This document shows, one piece after another, positions 13,200-29,065 of a DNA stretch of 64,000 nt (positions are counted from its first letter, which is position 1; each line of letters begins with the position of its first letter). Origin of the DNA: the human T2T-CHM13v2.0 reference genome, Homo sapiens; assembly GCF_009914755.1 (NCBI RefSeq), contig NC_060934.1, one strand, 5' to 3'. Below the pieces are notes generated by a model, which was not told where the DNA came from, made no database searches, and saw nothing but the letters and a program-made list of their open reading frames with translations. Both the position numbers and the translations under genes were made by a program.

Positions 13200-15469
13200 A
13201 AAATCCTCATGTGCTCTCTCAGTCCACGTTAGCTTTCATATCTTCAAAATGTAAAAGTTCTTTGAAGCTTTAATTCTTCCCTTTTTCCACAATGTTCCTT
13301 TTTCTAACACATTCTTTTTCCTGTTTCTTCACACTAAACCATTACTATCATAGGTCAGATAACCTAGAAGATCTGAGTGCACACCAACAGACAACTAGTT
13401 AGGGAGAGAAAGAAGCTGAGAGAAAAAAGGGAAGATCCTAGCAAGGCTGTATCACACAGAGAAAAAGGATTTAGTCAAACTGGTAGGGGAAATGGGAGTG
13501 TGACACTGGTCTAGAATTTGTTCCAACCCTAAACAAGGGGAGCTGAGCTTTCATGGTTTCACTCTGGTCAGTTAAGTATAAGGGCGCCTCTGGTAGGAAT
13601 GTAAACTCCTGGATAATTCAGGTTTTCTGCATGTCCAGCCAAGAAGGCTCTGACTGACTGAGGGTGGTTTCCAAGGAGGAGTGGCAATGAATGACAAAGA
13701 AAGCACACAGAAACCAGGGGAAGATCCCACAGAAATGCTAAGAGAGTTTCCAGGGAATTCCGACAGAGAACCAGCAGTGTCTGCCATGATTACCTAATAT
13801 CTATTTAAGAACAAAATTCTAAATATTTACTAATAATTTTGATTTACTAAAATTCTAAATGTTTATTAAGTAGAAAAATTATAAATATATTTGAAATTAA
13901 GCTATACTTTTGCAATGCTTTTCATCATTAATATGGAAAATGGAAAGAAATACAAATAAGATAGGTACAATCAATTGACAAAAGAGGAAATATAATTAGT
14001 AAACATATAGATAGAAAGGTGATTAGGTCAAAATTATCAGAGAAACTCAAATGAAAAGAAATGCTACTTTTTATCTATTGCATTTGTAAAAACAAAAAGA
14101 GAGAATGAGAGAGAAAGAAATAAAGGAAGGAAAGAAAAAAAAGAAAATGTCCACTGTTCATATAACAATGTGGTGAATGGAACAATATTTTCCATTCTTG
14201 GGAATCTAGTGTAAGAAATACTTTTTTAAAAGTTTCATATAAGAATATGCTATGAAGAAATTGGGACTTGCTTTTATTATAGACCTATGGGACTGTGATT
14301 CATGATTAACCACTGTTTGTCAAATTACTTGTTTAAAAATAAATTAATAAGAAAAATGCTCAGGGGGAAAAAAAGGGGAAGGAAAGACAAAAAAGAATCC
14401 ATATATGTCTACAGCAATAGTGGTGGTTTTTTTCTTTCTTTCTTTTTTTTTTTTTTAAGCCTATGCTTAGCCTGTTTCTGTGCCAGGAAGCAGTTCAGCT
14501 TCACTGCTCTGTTCACACCCTGTGCCTAAAGCCCTGTCTCTCGGTCTGCTTAGCTTAACTGCTATCCGACTTCTCGTTAAGCTCCTGCCTTCTGGAACTC
14601 TTCAGTCACATTAGCTTTCAGTTTCAGGTTCACAAATATAGAGTACCTATGTGCCAGTGTGATAAATCCATTAAGGGGAAGGTGGGAAAGAATTTGTTTA
14701 AAATCACAACCAAATACAGCCGCTTCTAACTCTTAAAGAGACCCAAAGAGTTTTCTCCTGCAATAGTGCATTTTTTTAAAATATGAAAACATGTGGATGG
14801 GTCACTAGGTTGTGGATAAGTGGCTAAGAAAACTGAGAAAAGGAAAAGAATAGACTTGCCCTAAATAATGAAGCAAGAAGAGTGTGGATTTTCCACGAGC
14901 AACCCAGTAAGAGTGGAAGAGAGCTCCCACTTAGAGTGGGTGGAACAACATGACAAGCGGGAACTGCAGAGAAATCGGGAGAGAGAAATGCCCTGTAGAG
15001 GCGATGGCTTACAGACTTTCAAGAACAGATATATCTAAAAGTTTGTTTCAAAGTTATCTGCCTTTATTAAGTGCTGTGATGTATTTTCTTCCATTACCTT
15101 CAAACCATCTGTAAAGAGACCTACGCTTACAGCCTGGAGAGGATATTTTGGAGGTAACATTCTTCTTGCTTGTGAGCATGTCAAGTAGAGCCACAGGGCT
15201 CCATGCACAGAAGACAGCAGCGTCAGCTTAAGGTCTAGTGTGCTGCTGAGCCCTCCATAAACATGACACAAACCTTTTTGCCCATATTGACTAAAAGGAA
15301 GTTATCCTTACAAATGGGAGAGGTGGGAAAAGTTATGTTACAGGAAAGTTGCATAATTTAGTCCTAGTGGGAACGTATGTAGTTGGTACCACCTCTGCTA
15401 AAAAATAAAAATAAAGTAGATATCAGGTTTTCTATGTTTACCATATTTGTAGGATTCCTTCCTGGTAGC

Positions 15470-15610
15470 CTCACCATTGTTTCTCAAATGTAAAATGCAG
15501 GCGAATTATATGAGGTGGTGAGCAGGTTGTTGAATTGAAGATTCTGATTTATTGGAGTAGGGCAGGACCTGAGATTTTCTACTTTACAAAAGCTCCCAGG
15601 GGAATTTTTC
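15470..15610. mobile_element. MER5-like hAT-Charlie fragment
   Basis: tttctcaaa...agattctgattta...ggacctgagatttt...aagctcccagg. Confidence 0.55.
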
Positions 15611-16193
15611 AGGTATGAATGAGATAATACATATATAAAGTGTCTATATGTAACAGGTATTTAACAAACAATATTATTCATATTTTTAAAAACAATCTAC
15701 ATTCAGGTAAGGATGTTTGGCCTTATAATATTCCTTTTTCTTCGGAAGACACTTCAATTCCATAACTATTCAACAATTTTTTCTACATACATATAATTGG
15801 ATAACCATCGATACTATGTATTTCTAGAATATTTCCAACAAGCAATAAGAAACACTATACCCATTAGGAATCACTCCCCATTCTTCCCTTACCCCAGTCC
15901 CTGGAAACTATTAACCTGCATTCTATCTCTGTGAATTTGCCTTTTCTGGTCATTTCATATAAATGGAATTTTTAAATATATACTCTTTTAAGCCTGGCTT
16001 TTTCTCACTTAGTATCAAGTTTTCAAGGTTCATCTACAATGCAATATTTATCAGTATTCCATTCCTTTTTATGACTGAACAATATTGCATTATATGAATA
16101 TTCCATATTTTGTGTATTCATAATTTGATTGGTATTTTGATTTTCTCTATTTTTCAGCCATTATTAACAATGCCACTGTAAACATCTATGTAA

Positions 16194-16570
<377 letters not shown>

Positions 16571-18964
16571 TCACAAGTTAATTCCATGTTTAACGTTCTG
16601 TGGAGCTGCCAAACTGTTTTCCAAAGCAGGTGCACAATTTAACCTTGCTACCAACAATATATGAGGGTTCCAATGTCTTCAAATCCTTGCCAACACTTAT
16701 TATTGCCTTTTTAAAACTTACAGTCATCCTGGTGTGTATGAAATGATATCTCATTGTAGTTATGATTTGAATTTCCCTAGTGACCATTGAGCATCTTTTC
16801 ATGTTCTTGTTGGCCACTTGTATAACCCCCATATATGTAAGGGATTCTTTAGGAGAAATGTCTATTGAAATTCCCTGCCAATTTTATAAATGGGTGGTTT
16901 GTTTTTTTATTGTTGTGTTGTAAGAGTTCTGAATACTGTACTTTTTCCTACACTTTTATCAGCTCTATGTTTTTTAAATATTTTTCTGCCATTCAGCAAT
17001 GGGTTTTTTGTTTGTTTGTTTGTTACTTTCTTCATAGTGTCCTTTAAAACACATGTGGGCATGTCTAGTAAAGCCGTAGAAACTCCATGTGTAGAAGAGA
17101 GCAACATCAATTTAAGGTCCACTGTGCTGCTGGACCTTATATTATTATATGCATTACATTGTAATGAAGTGCGATTTATCTGCTTTTTCTTTGTTGTTTG
17201 TTCTTTAGTTGCCATATCAAATAAACCATTGCCTAATTTAAGGTAACAAAGATTTACACATATGTTTTCTTATATAGTTTAATAGCTTTATCTCTTATGT
17301 TTAGATCCTTGATCCATTTTGAGTTCCCTTTTGTATATGGTACAATGTCTATCATCCACTTCATCTTTTGGCATGTGGTTAATCAAGTTTTCCTAACACC
17401 ATTTGTTGAAAAGACTATTCTGGCCTCATTGAATAGTCTTGGCATCTTGTGGAAAACCAACTGCTGTAAATTTTGGATATATTTCTGGTCTCTTAATTGT
17501 ATTCCATTGATTCATGTCTATCCTTATGCTAAATGACAGACAGTCATGATTAATACAGCTTTGTGGTAAATTTTGAAATCAAGGAGTGTGAGTCCTCCAA
17601 ATTTGTTCTTTCTCAGGATTGTTTTGGCTTTTCTATATCCCTAGAATTTCCAAGTGAATTTTAAGATTAGTTTGTCACTTTCTGGGTGAAAAAGGGAGCT
17701 TCTATTTAGATAGAGATTGCATTGAATCTGTCCATTAGTTTGTCATTTAAACAATATTAATTATTTCAACTCATCAGGACTGGGTGTCTTCTCTAATTGC
17801 TTTCAATGATTCTGTAGTTTTCAGTGTATTAATCTTATATTTCTAGTGTAAAATTTATTTCTAAATATTTTATTGTTTAATGATTTTGTAAATGAAATTT
17901 TCTTAATATTCTTTCAAATTTTTCATTGCAAGTGGTATAGAAAGAAAACCGATTTTGTATATTAATTTTATATCCTGCAAGTTTATAAACTATGTTAAAC
18001 TAGTTTATTTGCTCTAACTTTTATGTTGTTTAGTTTTGTTTCATTTTTTGGATTATTTATGATTTTTATATGCAAAATCAGATGATCTACACATAGCAAT
18101 AGTTTTACTTCCTCCTTACTAATTTAGGTGCCTTTTATTATATTTTCTTGCCTAATTGTTCTGACTAGGCTATCCAGTACAATGTTGATTAGACATTAAG
18201 TTAGAGCAGACATTCTTGTCTTATTCCTGATTTTCAGAGGGAGGCTTTAAGTCTTTCACTATGACGTATGATATCAGCTGTGGTTTTTTCCTAGATGCCC
18301 ATTATCAGGATGAAAAATTTATCTTCCATTGCTAGTTTGTTGAGCGTTTTTTGTTTTTATCATGAAAAGGTTTTGAATTTTTTCAATGTTTTTCCTGCAT
18401 TTATTGAGATAACCATGTGGTTCTCATCTTTTATTCTGTTAATACAATGCATTACATTGACTGATTTTTGGATATAAAACCAATCTTCCATTCCTGAGAT
18501 TAATTCACTTGAACATAGTATACAATCCTTTTTACATGTTACTGAATTTGATTTGCTAATACTTTGTTGAGGATTTTTGCATCTACATTCATAAGGGGTG
18601 TTGGTATGTAGTTTTATTTTCTTGTGATGAATCAGGATGATACTAACTTCATAAATGAGTTAAGAATTATTCCCTCCTTTATTTATTTTTCAAGAGTTTA
18701 TGAAGAACTTGTGCTAATACGTCTTTAAATATTTGGTAGACTAAAAGAGAGAAGCTGTCTACTTCTGGACTTTGTGTTGTGGGAAATTTTTTGACTGACA
18801 ATTCAACTTCTTTACTTGTTATAGGTCTACTCAAATTTTCAATTTCTTCTTAAGTCAGATTCAATAGTTTTTGTCTTCCTAGGAATCTGTTTGTTTAATC
18901 AAGATTATCTAATTTGTTATCACAAATCGTTCATAGTATTCCCCTAAATTTTTTCTGTCTGCCT

Positions 18965-18998
18965 ATTATCTATCTATCTATCTATCTATCTGTCTATC
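18965..18998. repeat. (TCTA)n tetranucleotide repeat
   Basis: Directly visible. Confidence 0.85.
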
Positions 18999-19261
18999 AT
19001 CTTGTATTAAGGTTCCTTTTTTATTCATTATTTTAATAAGTTGAGTACTCTCTTCATCTTCATCAGAATAGATAAAGCTTTATCAATTTTGTTGATCTTT
19101 TCAAAGAATAAGTTGTTTCATTAATTTTGTATTTTGTTTCTATCTTCTATTTCATTAATTTCCACTCTATTTCTTATTATATCATCCTTCTGCTTGTGTG
19201 GGGGATTTATGTGCACTTGACAAGAATATGTATTCTTTTCTTCTTAGTGGAGTGTCGTATA

Positions 19262-21900
<2,639 letters not shown>

Positions 21901-22522
21901 CATATGTCTATTAGGCCTAGTTTGTTTTATTGTTCTTCAAGTCTCATATTTCTTTATTACTATCAAGTTCCTTTATTTATGATTAAAATTGGAGTATTGG
22001 AGTCTGCAAGTACTATTGCTCAATTGTCTGTTTCTCTTTTCAATTCTGAGTTTTTGCTTCATATATTTTTGAAATGCCGTTGTTAGGTGAATAATTATTT
22101 ATAATTGTTATAAATTCGTGATAAATTGGTCCTGTCTTCATCTTACAGTGCTCTTTTTTTCTAGTAACAATTTCTGTCTTAATGTCTATTTTGTCTGGTA
22201 TTAGTATAGTTATTCCAGCTCTCTTTAGGTTTGCATGGCATTTCTTTTTGCATTCCTTTACTTTCAGTCTATTTGGGTCTTTGAATCTAAAGTGTGTCTC
22301 TTATAGAGAGGATATATTTTGAAATTTTAAAAAAGCCATTCAACCAATTTCCACCTTCAGTGATTGATCCATTTACATTTAATGTAATTACTGACAAGAT
22401 TTTCATCTGTCATATTGTTGTTTTCTATGTGTCTTCTTTCTTTTTTGTCTCTCTTTCTCCATTACTGCCTTCTTTTGTGTTATTTTATAGCACACCATTT
22501 TAATTTTCCTGTTTCTTTTCAC

Positions 22523-22544
<22 letters not shown>

Positions 22545-22554
<10 letters not shown>

Positions 22555-22895
22555 GAGGGTGTTTCTTTTTTTTTTTTTTTTTTTAATTTTTTTTTTTGTT
22601 ATTATACTCTAAGTTTTAGGGTACATGTGCACATTGTGCAGGTTAGTTACATATGTATACATGTGCCATGCTGGTGCGCTGCACCCACTAACGTGTCATC
22701 TAGCATTAGGTATATCTCCCAATGCTATCCCTCCCCCCTCCCCCGACCCCACCACAGTCCCCAGAGTGTGATATTCCCCTTCCTGTGTCCATGTGATCTC
22801 ATTGTTCAATTCCCACCTATGAGTGAGAATATGTGGTGTTTGGTTTTTTGTTCTTGCGATAGTTTACTGAGAATGATGGTTTCCAATTTCATCCA
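22545..22895 (-). mobile_element. L1HS pre-Ta 3' fragment (5'-truncated)
   Basis: Nearly unmutated L1 3'UTR. Minus strand reads gatgacACGttagtgg (22692-22694) and acttaGagtataa (22609), the ACG/G diagnostic pair. Confidence 0.88.
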
Positions 22896-22920
22896 CTATA
22901 TATATTTTTGTGTTATATTC

Positions 22921-23214
<294 letters not shown>

Positions 23215-23506
23215 TTGTGTTTTATTCTTAAGGGTTGCTCTGGGGTTTGTAATTAACATCTTAATTTATAACAACCTAGTCTTTATTAATACCAATGTAA
23301 TTTCAACAGTATAAAAACCTTTCCTCCACTTTCCTTCCATGGAGCTCTGTTACATCCCCACTGCTTTATGCTGTTATTGTTATATAAAAGGCATCTTTAT
23401 ACCTTATATGCCTATCAATGCAGATTTATAATTGTTGCTTTATGTAGTTTTAAAAATGAGATTAAAAAATGTTATAAGCAAAAATTACCTACCTGTGTAG
23501 TTACCA

Positions 23507-23817
23507 TTTTCTTTTCTTTTCTTTTTTAGACAGGGTCTCACTCTGTCACCCAGGCTAGAGTATAGTGGCATGGTCAGGGCTTACTGCAGGCTTCACCTCC
23601 CCAGGCTCAGTTGATCCTCCCACCTCAGCTTTCCAAGTAGCTCAGACTACAGGCATGCACCACCATGCCTGGCTAAATATTTGGAATTTTTTTTTTTTGT
23701 AGAGATGGGGTTTCACCATGCTGCCCAGGCTGGTCTCAAACTCCTGGGCTCAAGTAATCTGTCTGGTTCAGCCTCCCAAAGTGCTGGGATTACAGGTATG
23801 AGACATCATGCCCAGCC
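23507..23817 (-). mobile_element. AluJ-like
   Basis: gacagggtctcactctg, ctcctgggctcaag; TSD acctgtgtagtta. Confidence 0.9.
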
Positions 23818-24119
23818 ACCTGTGTAGTTATTGTTACCAGTGTTTTTAATTCATGTGCATTTAAGTTATTGTCTAGGGTCTCTTCATTTCAGCCTGAAGG
23901 ACACTCTTTAGTATTTCCAGGTAAAGTGTGCAATTCAATGCTCTTTATTTTATTTACAGAGTTACACGAACATCTCCACAATCAATTTTAAACCACTTCA
24001 TCACCCCCAAAAGAAGCTGTGTACTATTTAGTTATTACCACAAATTTTCTCATTTTAATTTGTCATTTGACATACGATACTTTTAATGTAAAATTTCCTA
24101 TAGTCGAATATTTTGGTAT

Positions 24120-25810
<1,691 letters not shown>

Positions 25811-27763
25811 CAGAGGTGGCACTGTTTCTCAATTGTAGCTAGAAACACAGTCAGTGAGTCTGTAACCTGGGCATGGGCTCACCTTCATAAAATGGCTTTT
25901 CTTGGTCTTGGTCTCCACCAGGGTTTCACAATCTTCTACCTGGATCCCTGAGCTTGCACAAAAGCATTCATCCATGGATGGCTGCCAAATTATTGTTGCT
26001 GTGTGAGATATGTGTGTAAAACCTCCTATCCCACCATGTTATTTAATGTCAGCCTCCTTCATTTTTAAGGGATAATTTTACTGGATTTAAAATTCTCTGT
26101 TTAAAGTCTTTTTTTCTTTTAGCTCTTTGACTATGACATCCCACTGCCATCTGGCCTTAATGACCTTTATTACCTTAATGAAAAATCAGCTGTTAATTTT
26201 ATTAAGGCTTACTTATAAATGATACTTTGTTTCTTTCATCCTCCTTTCAAGATTCTCTCTTTGTCTTCTGTCAATTTGATTATAATGTATTTAGTTGTGG
26301 ATCCTTTTGAGTTTTTCCTATTTGTAGGCTGTTGAGCATCTTGGGTTTGTAGATGTTTTTCATTAAATTTGGAATTTTTTGGCCATTATTTATGCAAATA
26401 TTCTTTCTGCCTTCTTTTATTCTTTTTCTTCTCCTTCTGGGAATCCCACAATTCCATTATGCCAATTTTAGTATGCTTCCTGTTGTCTCAAAGTCTCAGA
26501 GACTCTATTAATTTTTCTTCTTTCTTTTTTTCTCTTCTTCCGACTGGATAGTTTCAACTGATCTATCCTGAAGTTTGCTGACTTTTTTCCTTCTGCCTGC
26601 TCAAATTTCTGTTAAGCCCTTATAGTGATTTTTTTTTGTTTTAGTTTTTGTACTTTTAATCTCAAGAATTTTTATTTGGTTCTTTTTTTATCATTTATAC
26701 TTTTTTATTGATATTCTCTATTTGGTGGGACTTTATTCTCACACTTTCGTTTAGTTCTTTAGACATGGTTTCCTTTATGTCTCTGGATGTGTTTAGCATA
26801 GCTGATTTAAAGTCTTTGTCTAGTAAGTCCAACACATACGCTTTCTTAGAGAGTTTCTTTTGATTGCTTTTTTCCTGCATAAGAATCAGGCTTTGTTCAT
26901 TTGCAAACCTCATAATTTTTTGTTGTGAACTGGGCATTTTTAGAATATAATGTGACAACTCTGAAAATCAGATTCTTCTCCCCTCGCTAGGGCTTGTTGC
27001 TATTGTTGTCTGTTTTTGTTTCTTCATTTGTTTAATGACTTTCCCAGACAAATTATATAAAATCCATATTCTTTGTCATATGTGGCCACTGAAGTTTTTG
27101 TTCAGTTAGTGTAGTGGCTAGTTAATGACTGGGCATAAATTTCCTTAAATACTTGAAGCCAGCAAGTCTCCCAATCTTTGCCAGGTGGTTCTGTATGTGT
27201 TAGACCACATTTTCAGTGCTCTGTGAGTTTACAACTCTCTTCCCCCTCACCTCCTGCTTACATAGAACCTCAATGTCAGCCACAAATGAAAGTGTAGACC
27301 TTTGTCAGTTCTTCCCTGGGCATAAGCATAGCCTTATGCATGTGCATGATGTTCTATATTTTGAAAAACATGTTGGAGCTTTTCAAAACCCCCATGGACA
27401 TCTCATTCCTAAACTTTTCCTTTTAAACTTTTTGTGTAGCTTAGTGTCTGCCCCAAATGTTGCCTACTGCTTCGGGTGTACACAAACTTAAAAAATTGCT
27501 TCTAAATCTTACAAACACATGCCCCTGAGAGAAAGGACTTTTCATATTGGTGATTTCTGAGTCATATTAGGTAAACTCAGCCTTGTAATTGGCTTTTCTA
27601 GGGAACTGCTAGATGGGTCAAATAATGACTATTTTTTGGGAATGAGGCTTTGAAAGAACTCCAACCCCATTCTGCCCCCTCCAGTCTGCTAGTTTTTACT
27701 GGTGATTGCAGACTATTGATTTTCAAGGTTACTGTGGAGCTGGAGAGAGAAGGATGAAAATAG

Positions 27764-29065
27764 TGTGTCCAGAATTGGTGGGTTCTTGGTCTCACTGACT
27801 TCAGGAATGAAGCTGCGGACCCTCGCGGTGAGTGTTACAGTTCTTAAGTTGGTGTATCTGGAGTTGTTCATTCCCCCTGGTGGGTTCGTGGTCTCGCTGG
27901 CTTCAGGATTGACGCTGCAGACCTTCGCGGTGAGTGTTACAGCTCATAAAGGCAGTGTGGGCCCAAAGAGTGAGCAGCAGCAATATTTATTGCAAAGAGC
28001 GAAAGAACAAAGCCTCCACAGTGTTCGAGGGAACCCAAGCAGGTTGCCACTGCTGGCTCAGGCAGCCTGCTTTTATTCTCTTATCTGGCCCCACCCACAT
28101 CCTGCTGATTGGTCCATTTTACAGAGAGCCCAGTGGTCTGTTTTGACAGGGTGCTGATTGGTGGGTTTATAATCCCTGAGCTAGACACACAAAGGTTCTC
28201 CACGTCCCCACTAGATTAGCTAGATACAGAGTGTGGACACAAAGGTTCTCCAAATCCCCACCAGAGTAGCTAGATACAGAGGGTCGACTGGTGCATTCAC
28301 AAACCCTGAGCTAGACACAGGGTGCTGATTGGTGTGTTTACAAACCTTGAGCTAGATACAGAGTGCCGATTGGTGTATTTACAATCACTTAGCTAGACAT
28401 AAAGGTTCTCCAAGTCCCCACCAGTCAGGAAACCAGCTGGCTTCACCCAGTGGATCCTGCACTGGGGCCACAGGTGGAGCTGCCTGCCAGTCCTGGGCTG
28501 TGCGCCCACACTCCTCAGCCCTTGGGTGGTCGATGGGACTGGGCGCCATGCAGCAGGGGGCGACACTCGTTGGGGAGGCTCCAGCCGCACAGGACTGGCT
28601 GCGGGCACGGTGGGGAGGCTCAGGCATGGCGGGCTGCAGGTCCCTAGCCCCTGCCCTGTGGGGAGGCAGCTAAGGCCCGGGGAGAAATCGAGCGCAGTGC
28701 CAGTGGGCCAGCACTGCTGGGGGACCCAGTACACCTTCCGCAGCCGCTGGCCCAGGTGCTAAGCCCCTCATTGCCCCGGCTGGCAGGGCCGGCCTGCCGC
28801 TCGGAGTGCAGGGCCGCCAAGCCCACGCCCACCCGGAACTCCAGCTGGCCTGCAAGTGCCACGGTTCCCACTAGTGCCTCTCCCTCCACACCTCCCTGCA
28901 AGCTGAGGGAGCTGGCTCCGGCCTTGGCCAGCCCAGAAAGGGGCTCCCACAGTGCAGCAGTGGGCTGAAGGGCTCCTCAAGTGCTGCCAAAGTGGGAGCC
29001 CAGGCAGAGGAGGTGCCCAGAGCAAGCGAGGGCTGTGAGGGCTGCCAGCACGCTGTCACCTCTCA
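27764..29065 (-). mobile_element. Solo LTR12C (ERV9 LTR)
   Basis: Minus strand starts TGAGAGGTGACAGCGTGCTGGCAGCCCTC and ends ...GGACACA. 4-bp TSD ATAG at 27760-27763 and 29066-29069; tandem CCAAT-containing repeats; CpG-rich U3. Confidence 0.95.

Noticed and set aside
28140-28420. Repeat-spacer-like array (ctagatacaga / gctgattggtg units)
   Set aside because: These are the normal LTR12 U3 tandem repeats, not CRISPR; the context is eukaryotic.
27765-29059. Cluster of overlapping ORFs and an apparent second CpG island
   Set aside because: All lie within LTR12C.
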